From: Pseudogracilibacillus sp.
GTDB taxonomy: Bacteria; Bacillota; Bacilli; Bacillales; Amphibacillaceae
NCBI GenBank assembly: GCA_035301085.1
Contig: DATGUU010000024.1
Coordinates: 6,210-70,209, forward strand
Reading direction: 5' to 3'
DNA length: 64,000 bases
This document shows positions 54,494 through 64,000 of the stretch, in pieces. Under the pieces are notes generated by a model. It made no database searches, had not been told where the DNA came from, and saw only the letters and a program-made list of their open reading frames with translations. Numbering within the stretch: the stretch's first letter is position 1; every line of letters begins with the position of its first letter. A program made the position numbers and the translations under genes.

Positions 54494-55891
54494 ATGGCTA
54501 AAAACATGCCTGAAGTTGACAATTATAAGTATGGTTTTCAAGATAAAGATGTCTCTGTATTCCGTACTGAAAGAGGTTTAACAAAAGAAATTGTTGAAGA
54601 AATCTCTACTATGAAAAACGAACCCAAATGGATGCTTGAAGAACGTCTTAAAGCACTCGAAATTTTTTATGATAAACCAATGCCACAGTGGGGTGGAGAT
54701 TTATCAGAATTAGATTTTGATGAAATCATTTATTATGTTAAACCATCAGAAAAACAAAGTAGATCATGGGATGAAGTTCCTGAAGAAATTAAAGAAACAT
54801 TCGATCGTTTAGGAATTCCAGAAGCTGAACAAAAGTATCTTGCAGGTGTTTCTGCTCAATATGAATCAGAAGTTGTTTATCAAAGTTTAGAAAAAGACCT
54901 AGAAAAACTAGGAATTATTTTTTCAGATACAGATAGTGCTCTTCAAAATCATGAAGAAATATTTAGAGAGTATTTTGGAAAGGTTATTCCAGCATCAGAT
55001 AATAAATTCTCTGCACTAAACACAGCTGTTTGGTCAGGTGGTTCATTCATTTATGTACCAAAAGGTGTTAAAGCAACTGCACCTTTACAAGCATATTTCA
55101 GAATTAACTCAGAAAATATGGGACAATTTGAAAGAACACTAATTATTGTAGATGAAGATGCATCTGTTCATTATGTTGAAGGATGTACAGCACCAACATA
55201 TACAACAAGCTCTCTTCACAGTGCTGTTGTAGAAATATATGTTAAAAAGAATGCATATTGTCGTTATACAACGATTCAAAACTGGTCAAATAACGTTTAT
55301 AACTTAGTAACTAAACGTGCAACAGTTGACGAAGCTGGAACAATGGAATGGATTGATGGTAACATGGGATCAAAACTGACAATGAAATATCCATCAGTTA
55401 TCCTAAAAGGAGATCATTCACGTGGTGTAACAATTTCAATTGCTTTAGCAGGTAAAGGTCAGCACCAAGACGCTGGAGCTAAAATGCATCATATTGGAAA
55501 GAATACATCATCATCAATTGTTTCTAAATCTATTTCTAAAGATGGTGGAAAAGTATCTTACCGTGGAGTCGTTTCATTTGGTCGTACTGCAGATGGCGCT
55601 CGTGCAAACATTGAGTGTGATACGTTAATTATGGACGATATCTCAACATCAGATACAATTCCATATAATGAAATATATAATGATAATGTATCGCTTGAGC
55701 ATGAAGCAAAAGTTTCAAAAGTATCTGAAGAACAACTATTCTATCTAATGAGCCGTGGATTAGAAGAACAAGAAGCAACAGATATGATTGTTATGGGCTT
55801 CATTGAGCCATTCACACGCGAACTTCCAATGGAGTACGCTGTAGAAATGAACAGATTAATGAGCTATGAAATGGAAGGTTCAATTGGTTAA
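54494..55891 (+). CDS. sufB: Fe-S scaffold protein
   Basis: [31 protein letters not shown]; ATG 54494 after AAGGAGG. Confidence 0.96.
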   Translation: MAKNMPEVDNYKYGFQDKDVSVFRTERGLTKEIVEEISTMKNEPKWMLEERLKALEIFYDKPMPQWGGDLSELDFDEIIYYVKPSEKQSRSWDEVPEEIKETFDRLGIPEAEQKYLAGVSAQYESEVVYQSLEKDLEKLGIIFSDTDSALQNHEEIFREYFGKVIPASDNKFSALNTAVWSGGSFIYVPKGVKATAPLQAYFRINSENMGQFERTLIIVDEDASVHYVEGCTAPTYTTSSLHSAVVEIYVKKNAYCRYTTIQNWSNNVYNLVTKRATVDEAGTMEWIDGNMGSKLTMKYPSVILKGDHSRGVTISIALAGKGQHQDAGAKMHHIGKNTSSSIVSKSISKDGGKVSYRGVVSFGRTADGARANIECDTLIMDDISTSDTIPYNEIYNDNVSLEHEAKVSKVSEEQLFYLMSRGLEEQEATDMIVMGFIEPFTRELPMEYAVEMNRLMSYEMEGSIG

Positions 55892-55896
55892 TAAAT

Positions 55897-55939
55897 AAAA
55901 AACCACAAGTTACGAGTAAAATCGTACTTGTGGTTTTTT
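55897..55939 (+). terminator. Intrinsic terminator after sufB
   Basis: AAAAAACCACAAGT...ACTTGTGGTTTTTT. Confidence 0.82.
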
Positions 55940-56061
55940 CATTGTTTAGACAAAATTAAAGAAATAATTGCTGTTTATTAGGTTAGTTAATTGAGAACTG
56001 ACTAGATGAATCATATAATTGAAGTATAATCTAGTTCAAATCATACGAAAAGGTGATATTA

Positions 56062-56823
56062 ATGAAACGATTAAAAGACAAAGTGGCAATTATTACAGGT
56101 AGTGGAGCAGGAATTGGTAAAGGAATTGCAGAAACTTATGCAAGAGAAGGTGCAAAAGTAGTTATTGCTGATTTCAATGAAGAAGCACTAAGCGCAACAA
56201 CGAAAGAATTATCTGATGCAGGTTATGAAGCATTTGGGGTTGTTGTAAATGTTGCGAAAGAAAATGATGTTGAAAAAATGTTTACAGAAACAATTAAAAA
56301 ATATGGAAAAATTGATATTATTGTTAATAACGCAGGTGTTGGAGATAACATGCAAGCTGCCGGTAATGTTGAGGATGAAGTTTGGGAACGTGTCATGTCG
56401 ATTAACGTAAATGGTGTGATGCGTATTACACGCAGAGCGATTCCACACTTCCAAGAAAATAATGGTGGAGTAATAGTAAACATGGCTTCTATTACTGGTT
56501 TAACAGGTGGTCGTGGTGGTTTTACATATACAGCTGCAAAACATGCTGTTGTAGGAATGACCAAAAGCGTTGCGTCACAATATGGTCCAGAAAATATTCG
56601 CTGTAATGCTATTGCACCAGGCCAAATTCAAACCGGATTTGCTGCTGCAATGAAAAATATTGATAAATTTGGAATGGAACAAGCAACACGCGCTGTTAAT
56701 TTAATTCCAAAACCAGGTGAAGTCAAAGATATTGCAAATATTGCTCTATTCTTAGCTTCAGATGAATCAAGTTATATTAATGGTGTCACAATCGCAGCAG
56801 ATGATGGTTGGAGTGCTTATTAA
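56062..56823 (+). CDS. Classical SDR family oxidoreductase
   Basis: TGSGAGIG, NNAG, YTAAK, APG. Confidence 0.9.
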   Translation: MKRLKDKVAIITGSGAGIGKGIAETYAREGAKVVIADFNEEALSATTKELSDAGYEAFGVVVNVAKENDVEKMFTETIKKYGKIDIIVNNAGVGDNMQAAGNVEDEVWERVMSINVNGVMRITRRAIPHFQENNGGVIVNMASITGLTGGRGGFTYTAAKHAVVGMTKSVASQYGPENIRCNAIAPGQIQTGFAAAMKNIDKFGMEQATRAVNLIPKPGEVKDIANIALFLASDESSYINGVTIAADDGWSAY

Positions 56824-56827
56824 TCAC

Positions 56828-56858
56828 AAAATCCCACATATTAATATGTGGGATTTTT
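56828..56858. terminator. Bidirectional terminator
   Basis: AAAATCCCACATATTAATATGTGGGATTTT palindrome. Confidence 0.85.
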
Positions 56859-56865
56859 AGTTTAA

Positions 56866-57516
56866 TTACTCAAAAGCTTTTTCCATTTCATCTAGTTGGT
56901 CTGGATAAATTAATTCATCAATAACTTCATTAGTCGACTCATCTTCGATAATAATTTTGATTTTATCTGTTTCAAGATTTTTACCATCAAATGCTTGATA
57001 AAACATACTTGCAAATCCAAGAGTCATAGTAGTGAATCCATCAAAACTGTTTTCATAAGCAGTTTTATCTACAATCATTTTCATTTCTGTAAAATCATTA
57101 TTATATGTGATATCTTTAATCGAAGTAAACTCTTCATCGTCTTTAATCTCTTCAATAGTTTCAATCATCTCATCTTTCATTTCTGCCATCATTTCCTTAT
57201 GGTCTTTTTTGGACATTTTGACTGTAATAGAACCATCATCGTTTTGTGTGACGTCTGCATCAGTATCATCTGTGATTCCAGCCTCAATTTCTCTAAATTC
57301 ATCATCAGCAAAAAGTTCAGCAGGTAAAGTAAGTTCAACATTGAAAAGTTTTTTCTCAACGCTGATTCCAGATTCGTCATCTGTTTCATTTTCATCAGTA
57401 ATCTCTTGATTTTCTACTTCAGTTTGTTTTGATTTACTTTGCTTATCATCTTCAGGAGATCCACAAGCAACAATAAAAATAATTGAAAATAAGATTAAAA
57501 ATAATCTTAGTTTCAT
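56866..57516 (-). CDS. Acidic lipoprotein of unknown function
   Basis: Lipobox IVAC; NDDGSIT; ATG 57516 after AAGGGGTGA. Confidence 0.7.
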   Translation of the reverse strand: MKLRLFLILFSIIFIVACGSPEDDKQSKSKQTEVENQEITDENETDDESGISVEKKLFNVELTLPAELFADDEFREIEAGITDDTDADVTQNDDGSITVKMSKKDHKEMMAEMKDEMIETIEEIKDDEEFTSIKDITYNNDFTEMKMIVDKTAYENSFDGFTTMTLGFASMFYQAFDGKNLETDKIKIIIEDESTNEVIDELIYPDQLDEMEKAFE

Positions 57517-57578
57517 TTTCAAATCACCCCTTCTAATAAATAAAGGTATTATACCTTTTCATTATTATAGCAATAAGT

Positions 57579-58067
57579 TTACTTTAAATCATGAGGATGA
57601 TTTTGTTCAGTTGTTAAATCACGTTCATCAAGAGTATGTGTGGTTTTAGGTGTTTTTCTTACAAAGCCAATAATACCAGCAATTAAATAAAATAATGCAG
57701 GTAAAAAGCCAGCAAGGAAAGTGCTAATTGCAACAATAATTGCAGCAACAATCACTAAAACACTAGCGGTTGTTGATTTTTTATTACCAACAAAGAAATA
57801 AATTGAAATAATACTAAGAATTAAGCTCACAATTAATAAAGCTAAAACAATCCATCCAGCATTCTGGAAAGTAGCTATAATCATTTGGATATCACCAGAA
57901 TCAATCGTTATCCCTTCATCTCGTGCGATTTGAAGAAACATGTTTTCAAATTCATTAATAAAAGTATTAGAATTAAATAAAGAAATACTAACACCGACAA
58001 GAATAGTACCAAAAATTGTTAAAATTAGACCAATTACTGTTAAAGTAATTTCAACTGTTCGTTTCAA
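57579..58067 (-). CDS. DUF4064-like membrane protein
   Basis: KRTVEITLTVIG start, four TM helices, LIAGI...RK end; TTG start after AAGGAG. Confidence 0.65.
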   Translation of the reverse strand: MKRTVEITLTVIGLILTIFGTILVGVSISLFNSNTFINEFENMFLQIARDEGITIDSGDIQMIIATFQNAGWIVLALLIVSLILSIISIYFFVGNKKSTTASVLVIVAAIIVAISTFLAGFLPALFYLIAGIIGFVRKTPKTTHTLDERDLTTEQNHPHDLK

Positions 58068-58156
58068 GTGAATCACTCCTTTTTAAAGTTCAAGTTAAAA
58101 AATACAGAATGTTAATAAATAACTATTAAACATTCTGTATTTTAAATGATGTTAGT

Positions 58157-58765
58157 TTATTTAGGTTCTGCAATCACACCACAAATAATTCGATCTCCAG
58201 CATCACCTGCTGGTTGTGATTTATAATCATCAGTCCCATCATGAATCACAAATGACGTTCCATCTTTACTAAATACAGTATTATCTGCATCTTCATCTAA
58301 ACTAATTTGATCTGTTGTAAATTCGATGTCGACCTTACCGTCTTTTACATCGATATTTTCAAAGTCACCGGCATGATGGCCGTTATCTGCATGTTTACCA
58401 TGCTCTTTATCGTGAGGATTATAGTGACCACCAGCTGATTCAAATTTGTCTTCAGGTTCACAAATTCCTTTTTCATGAATGTGAAATGCGTGTTGTTTAG
58501 TCTCTTTGGGAAAGCCATCACCTTTAATTTGGATTTTTACGCCATCAGTATCTTGAGTAAGTGTCGCTTCAGCAGCTTTATCACCATCAAGATTATTTAA
58601 CGAGACAACAATTTCTTCTGAAGTTTCATTAGTTGCATCCTCATCAGCTTTTTCAATTGGGTTATCGCTTTCATTTTGATTGTTATCTGTTGAATCAGTA
58701 CTACTACAAGCAGTAATCAATAGAGTAAGAACCATAACAAATAATAAAGTTAACCATTTCTTCAT
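58157..58765 (-). CDS. sodC: Cu/Zn superoxide dismutase lipoprotein
   Basis: Lipobox ITAC; HAFHIH, GGHYNP, HG, HAGD, VIH, GDRIICG. Confidence 0.85.
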   Translation of the reverse strand: MKKWLTLLFVMVLTLLITACSSTDSTDNNQNESDNPIEKADEDATNETSEEIVVSLNNLDGDKAAEATLTQDTDGVKIQIKGDGFPKETKQHAFHIHEKGICEPEDKFESAGGHYNPHDKEHGKHADNGHHAGDFENIDVKDGKVDIEFTTDQISLDEDADNTVFSKDGTSFVIHDGTDDYKSQPAGDAGDRIICGVIAEPK

Positions 58766-58823
58766 TCAATTCATCTCCTTTCATGTATATCTCTATAACC
58801 TGATTATATTTTGTTTAAACATA

Positions 58824-60012
58824 TTAATACTTATTTAATAGTTTAGATAAAGGGTAAACACCAAGACTCTGAAAAATCAATGATAAAACAACCACTGAAA
58901 AACCAATCGAGATAATATAATCTAAATGAAAATTTTGATTTAATGATAGTGTTAGAATTAAAAAGATAGACATTGTTCCTCTTATTCCTGACCAAGCGAT
59001 AATAATTGATTGTGTTAAATTGATGTGTTCCCAATGCGAAAATAACTTAAGTGAACTAACAACAACTAGATATCTAATTAAAATTGACACTATAAAAATT
59101 ATAATAGCATAGAACCAGTAATCATGAAATAAATAGTTAGTTGCTTCAATACCAATTAATAAAAATAATAAACTAAGTAAAGTAGGTTCGATTACGCTCC
59201 AAAAGCCATTTAATTTTTCAAGATAATGATCAGATTTATTTATGTGGTCAAATTCCCAAGATAACAAGATGCCTGTGGTGACAGTAGCTAGTACGCCAGA
59301 AAAACCCAAATGCTCTGCCAAATGAAAACTGCCATAAGCAGCAATAATACTTAACATGACTTGGTATTCACGTTCAAGAAAAAAATGTGTGGCTTTGCTT
59401 AAAAGCCAGCCTGCGATGAGACCAATAATTATCCCACCTATTGAAACAAACAATAAAGAGTGCATAAATGCTAATATTTGAAATGATTCATTATTCATAT
59501 ACATACTAAAAAGAACTGTGAATAAAACAATACTTGTGCCATCATTTATCATCGATTCACCATCAACAATATTAGCAATATCAGGATTATCAGAAGAAGT
59601 TTTTAAAACAGATACGACAGAAACAGGATCTGTTGGTGTTAAAATTGCTGCGAGTAATAATGCGCCCATAAGCGATATATTAACAAATAAAAAGCCAAAT
59701 AAATAAATAACAAGCCCGAGTAGAACAACAGTAATCATTAATCCAATTGTACTTAAATAACCAATGATTCTTTTATATTTCATCAATGCTTTTGCTGAAA
59801 ATTGGTAAGCTGAAATAAATAGAAGTGCTGGAAGAAAAATTGAATAAATAACGTGATCACTTAATTTAATCGTTTGAAAATAAGGAAGGAAAGATAATCC
59901 AATACCAATAACTAATAAAATAACAGGGACAGGTAAATTTTTTTTTGATTATATCAAATGTATATATTAAATAACCAATCATAAGTAAGAAGATAAGATG
60001 TTCAATAGTCAA
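58824..60012 (-). pseudogene. CPA1/NhaP cation:proton antiporter with a +1 frameshift near the 5' end
   Basis: GAAGGAGG RBS and TTG at 60012; span is 1189 bp (3n+1). Frame changes at or near the A9 tract (59938-59946). The downstream frame has FLPALLF, TPTDPVSV, GESMINDG. Confidence 0.8.
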
Positions 60013-60089
60013 TTAAAAAACCTCCTTCTCTAGAGTATATCTTAATTATCATGAAGATGAGTAAAAAATAAAATAAAGTTAAATTAAGA

Positions 60090-60127
60090 CTTGCATTATT
60101 ATACACTGTAATGTATTATTATAAATA
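60090..60127 (+). promoter_or_regulatory. Tandem ARG (ArgR/AhrC-type) boxes overlapping a sigmaA promoter
   Basis: CTTGCATTATTATACACT-GT-AATGTATTATTATAAATA; TTGCAT-17 bp-TATTAT lies inside them. Confidence 0.6.
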
Positions 60128-60162
60128 GAGAAAAACACTAAATGAAGTTGGAGATGTGACTA

Positions 60163-61509
60163 ATGAAAAAAGAGAATGTAATAATTATTGGAGCGGCTGG
60201 AAGAGACTTTCATAATTTTAATACATATTACAGAGATAATGAGATGTATAATGTTGTTGCATTTACTGCAGCGCAAATACCTGATATAGATGGACGTAAA
60301 TATCCAAGTGAATTAGCGGGTGAATTGTATCCAGAAGGCATTCCAATTTATCCACAAGAAGAATTAGCAGATTTAATTAAACAATATGATGTAGATGAAT
60401 GTGTTTTTGCATATAGTGATTTGCCTTATGATAAAGTCATGGGCATTGGTGCAATTGTAAATTCAGCAGGAGCTAACTTTAAATTATTAGGTACAAAACA
60501 TACAATGATTAAAAGTAACAAACCTGTGATTTCAGTTGTAGCAACACGTACGGGGACAGGTAAAAGCCAAACATCTAGAGTTGTTGTTGAAGAGATGCTT
60601 AAAAAAGGTTTAAAAGTTATAGCTATACGTCACCCAATGCCTTATGGTGACTTAGTTAAACAACGTGTTCAAAGATTTGCGACTGTTGAAGATTTAAAGA
60701 AACATGACTGTACGATTGAAGAGATGGAAGAATATGAACCGCATGTTGATCGTGGAAATATAATTTATGCCGGAGTTGATTATGCTGATATTTTAGAAGC
60801 GGCAGAAAATGACCCAGACGGTTGTGATGTTATTCTTTGGGATGGTGGGAATAATGACTTTTCTTTCTATGAACCAGACCTTGCTATAACTGTGTTAGAT
60901 CCACATCGTCCAGGCCATGAACTAAGCTACTATCCTGGTGAAGTATGCTTAAGAACAGCAGATGTATCAATTATTAATAAAATCGATAGCGCATCTGAAG
61001 AATCAATTGAAATTGTTGAAAACAATATTAAAACTGCTAATCCTGATTCTCTAATTATAAAAGCAAAATCAGATATTTTAGTTGATAAGCCAGAACTTGT
61101 AAAAGGCAAAAAAGTACTCGTTGTTGAAGATGGACCGACGATGACACATGGGGAAATGAAAATAGGTGCGGGAATTGTTGCTGCTGAACGTCTAGGGGCA
61201 AAAGAAATTGTTGATCCACGTCCTTATGCTGTTGGTTCTTTAAAAACAACATTTGAAACATATCCTCATTTAGAAAATGTATTACCAGCTATGGGATATG
61301 GAAAAGAACAATTAAAAGATTTAGAAGCAACAATCAATCAAACAGATTGTGATGTTGTGATTATTGGAACACCAATGGATCTCACAAGAATTATTGATAT
61401 TAATAAACCAACAACACGTGTTCAATATGAATTGAATGAAGTAACGGAACCTAATTTAAGTGATGTGTTGAACCAATTTATTGAAGATCATCAATTAATA
61501 AAAAAATAA
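60163..61509 (+). CDS. arcE: Arginine synthetase (ArcE)-like P-loop protein, often annotated as cyclic 2,3-diphosphoglycerate synthetase family or GTPase
   Basis: GAAGRDFHNFN, RTGTGKSQTSR, RHPMPYG, WDGGNND, EDGPTMTHG, LPAMGY. As recalled, these match the Thermococcales ArcE type rather than methanogen CpgS. Confidence 0.72.
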   Translation: MKKENVIIIGAAGRDFHNFNTYYRDNEMYNVVAFTAAQIPDIDGRKYPSELAGELYPEGIPIYPQEELADLIKQYDVDECVFAYSDLPYDKVMGIGAIVNSAGANFKLLGTKHTMIKSNKPVISVVATRTGTGKSQTSRVVVEEMLKKGLKVIAIRHPMPYGDLVKQRVQRFATVEDLKKHDCTIEEMEEYEPHVDRGNIIYAGVDYADILEAAENDPDGCDVILWDGGNNDFSFYEPDLAITVLDPHRPGHELSYYPGEVCLRTADVSIINKIDSASEESIEIVENNIKTANPDSLIIKAKSDILVDKPELVKGKKVLVVEDGPTMTHGEMKIGAGIVAAERLGAKEIVDPRPYAVGSLKTTFETYPHLENVLPAMGYGKEQLKDLEATINQTDCDVVIIGTPMDLTRIIDINKPTTRVQYELNEVTEPNLSDVLNQFIEDHQLIKK

Positions 61510-61535
61510 ATTAATTAACTAAAGCTTTGTTTGAT

Positions 61536-61579
61536 AAGTTGTGTGAAATCAATTACGATTGATTTCACACAGCTTTTTT
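61536..61579 (+). terminator. Intrinsic terminator making the arcE-like gene monocistronic
   Basis: AAGTTGTGTGAAATCAAT-TACG-ATTGATTTCACACAGCTTTTTT. Confidence 0.88.
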
Positions 61580-61704
61580 GTTTTAATATAACTACTTGAG
61601 CATTTTATTTAAACAAAATCATAACTCTTAATAAAAGATATGTTACGATTGTTTAATCTCGTTAATTTAATTTGAATTATCACAAACAAAGAAAGGAGAA
61701 TTAG

Positions 61705-62586
61705 ATGAACAGATTAACAAGAGATATTATCATGATTGTTGTTGGGTCACTTTGTTATGCTTTAGCACTAACAATGCTTGCAATTCCGAACAATTTAACT
61801 GAAGGTGGGGTTCCCGGAGCAGCAGTTTTACTACATTATGCATTTGACTGGTCAACTGGGATAGTTACATTCATCTTAACATCTGTTATTTTAATAGTAG
61901 GTTATAAATATTTATCAAAACGTACAATCTGGCTTTCAATCTTAACGATTCCATTGGTTTCATTATTTATTTATTTATCAGAAAATAAAGTAGAGTCACT
62001 CGGAGATCCACTTACGTCTGCAATATTTGCAGGTTTTTTTATAGGTATAGGATCTGGATTAATTTTTAGAACAGGGAGTTCGATGGGTGGCACGAGTACC
62101 ATAGCGATAATGTTAAATAAATTATATGATTTTGACCTTGTGCGCACAATTTTTGTCTTAGATATCTTTATTGTCTTATCTGGTTTGTTTATTATCGGGC
62201 CATTAAATATTATGTATACGATCATCGTTTTATTTATAGCTAAAAAGGCAATGGATTTAGTGATTGATGGGCTTGATCCAAGAAAAGCAGTGAGTATTAT
62301 CTCAAATAAAGCTGATTTGATTGCTGATGAAATTATTAACCAAATGGAAATTAGTGTTACTGTCTTTGAAGGATATGGTGGTTATTTAAAAGAAGATACC
62401 GATATGACGTATGTGATTATAAATAAGTATCAACTAATGCGTGTGAAAAAAATTGTCACCTCAGTTGATGATAAAGCATTTGTAGTTGTTCATGATGTAC
62501 GGGATGTCTTTGGCGGTAGTTTCGCTTGGGATCCACCTGAAAAAACAAAAAAGCCAAAACCTAAAAAAATAAAGAGTACGGTCTAA
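61705..62586 (+). CDS. YitT family membrane protein
   Basis: PNNLTEGGVPG, GSSMGGT, C-terminal G.GGY...DDKAFVVVHDVRDVFG domain. Confidence 0.85.
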   Translation: MNRLTRDIIMIVVGSLCYALALTMLAIPNNLTEGGVPGAAVLLHYAFDWSTGIVTFILTSVILIVGYKYLSKRTIWLSILTIPLVSLFIYLSENKVESLGDPLTSAIFAGFFIGIGSGLIFRTGSSMGGTSTIAIMLNKLYDFDLVRTIFVLDIFIVLSGLFIIGPLNIMYTIIVLFIAKKAMDLVIDGLDPRKAVSIISNKADLIADEIINQMEISVTVFEGYGGYLKEDTDMTYVIINKYQLMRVKKIVTSVDDKAFVVVHDVRDVFGGSFAWDPPEKTKKPKPKKIKSTV

Positions 62587-62589
62587 AAA

Positions 62590-63120
62590 TTAATTAGACT
62601 GTACTCTCTTTTGTTTAAGATAATCTTCTTGAAAGCAGCTCATGTAAGTGATATCGTGATATTCACCATTGACGAAATATTCTTGTTTTAAAATGGCTTC
62701 TTGAGTAAAACCAGCTTTTTCATAAATATGAATCGCTTTTTCATTGTCTACATCAGCTATTAAATAAAGCTTATTTAAATTCAAAGTAGTAAATGAATAA
62801 TCGATTGCTAGATGTGTTGCTGGGAGTGCATATCCTTTACCTTGCATTAAAGGATCAATCATAATTGCAAATTCTGCTTTTCGATGAACAAAGTCAACAT
62901 CAAACAATTGAATAATCCCAACTAAATCATCATTATCTTTTAAAACAAAACTTTTATGATTTTTATTTTCTCGTGACTTTTCAAAATTCTCTTCTACAGT
63001 AACTCTTGAAAGAAAGGGTTCTCTAAACCAAAAATACATAACATCTGGATCATTATATAAACGATGTAAAAAATCAAGATCAGTTTTTTCAAGTACTTTT
63101 AAAGTTAAGTTTTGTGTCAT
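62590..63120 (-). CDS. speG: Spermidine N1-acetyltransferase (GNAT)
   Basis: LEKTDLDFLH, WFREPF, HRKAEFAIMIDP.QGKGYA, NEKAIHIYEK.GF. Confidence 0.75.
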   Translation of the reverse strand: MTQNLTLKVLEKTDLDFLHRLYNDPDVMYFWFREPFLSRVTVEENFEKSRENKNHKSFVLKDNDDLVGIIQLFDVDFVHRKAEFAIMIDPLMQGKGYALPATHLAIDYSFTTLNLNKLYLIADVDNEKAIHIYEKAGFTQEAILKQEYFVNGEYHDITYMSCFQEDYLKQKRVQSN

Positions 63121-63242
63121 AATACACCTCTTTTGTGGTCATAATATATTAATTAATTTTATACTTATCGATACTAAAACGCAAGATTAATTTGTACTTT
63201 TAAAAGAGCTCGCCCCTCTTTATAAAAATAGGAGTGAAAGTA

Positions 63243-64000
63243 ATGTTAGAAAACGAAGAAAATAACAATAAAAAAATATTATTAATATCATTTATTATAA
63301 TAACGAGTTATATGATTATTGAAATTATTGGTGGTATTTTAACGAATAGTTTAGCGTTATTATCTGATGCGGGTCATATGCTATCTGATTCGATTGCTTT
63401 AGGAATTTCTTTGTTAGCTTTTAAATTAAGTGAAAAAGCAGCAAGCTCTGTCAATACCTATGGATACAAAAGATTTGAAATTATTGCAGCATCTTTAAAT
63501 GGACTAACGTTAATTGGCGTATCAGTTTATATTTTTTATGAAGCAATTAAAAGATTTACAAATCCACCAGAAGTAGCAACAACAGGTATGTTAATTGTCG
63601 CTGTCATCGGCTTATTTGTTAATATTATCGTAGCTTTCATTATGTTTAGAGGATCTGATACAAAAGATAATTTAAATATGCGTGGGGCATATTTACATGT
63701 GATAAGTGATATGTTTGGTTCAATAGGTGCCATTATAGCTGCTTTATTAATTATGATTTTTGGTTGGAGTTTGGCAGATCCTATAGCCAGTGTTGTCGTT
63801 GCTATATTAGTGTTAAGAAGTGGTTATAAAGTTTCAAAAGCATCTTTGCATATTTTAATGGAAGGAAAGCCAAAAGATATTAACTTAGATGATGTCATTA
63901 AAAAGTTATCTAGAAAAGAAGTTAAGGCAGTTCATGATGTACATTTATGGACAATTACAAGTCATTTCAATGTTTTAACCGCTCATATTGTTGTAAATGG
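63243..64000 (+). CDS. czcD: Cation diffusion facilitator (CzcD-like), truncated by the window end
   Basis: Translated by hand from ATG 63243 (GGAG RBS): SLALLSDAGHMLSD, TYGYKRFE, NMRGAYLHVISD, HDVHLW. Not in the ORF track. Confidence 0.88.
   Translation, partial: MLENEENNNKKILLISFIIITSYMIIEIIGGILTNSLALLSDAGHMLSDSIALGISLLAFKLSEKAASSVNTYGYKRFEIIAASLNGLTLIGVSVYIFYEAIKRFTNPPEVATTGMLIVAVIGLFVNIIVAFIMFRGSDTKDNLNMRGAYLHVISDMFGSIGAIIAALLIMIFGWSLADPIASVVVAILVLRSGYKVSKASLHILMEGKPKDINLDDVIKKLSRKEVKAVHDVHLWTITSHFNVLTAHIVVN

Noticed and set aside
60163-61509. True cyclic 2,3-diphosphoglycerate synthetase
   Set aside because: No 2-phosphoglycerate kinase gene nearby, and the GAAGRDFHNFN N-terminus and ARG boxes fit the ArcE type better. 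Not excluded without a phylogeny.

Overview
Low-GC chromosomal window from a Bacillaceae member. The acidic proteins and gene order suggest a Virgibacillus/Oceanobacillus-like relative, which is inference. Core content: glyoxylate shunt (glcB 3' end, aceA), two paralogous coiled-coil cell-wall hydrolases, a muropeptide-recycling trio, opuA with two binding proteins, crcB pair and zur/znu divergent from csoR-copA-copZ, methylmalonyl-CoA mutase with meaB, fadN-fadA-fadE, yusI-gcvH-yusF-yusE, sufCDSUB, sodC, a frameshifted CPA1 antiporter, speG and a truncated czcD. Main candidate novel system: a 16-kb, ten-gene locus downstream of a cobalamin riboswitch (10945-27007). It encodes surface proteins built from transcobalamin-like DUF4430 beta domains and alpha/alpha-barrel domains on stalks of different lengths, a dedicated ECF transporter with a CbrT-like S component, and a MoxR-DUF58-transglutaminase triad whose transglutaminase lacks its catalytic Cys. 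A decayed second copy of the riboswitch lies just upstream. Second highlight: a stand-alone arginine-synthetase (ArcE)-like gene whose predicted promoter is overlapped by tandem ArgR/AhrC-type boxes, suggesting biosynthetic use. No rRNA, tRNA, CRISPR array or mobile element was seen. All family assignments are from motif recognition, not database searches.
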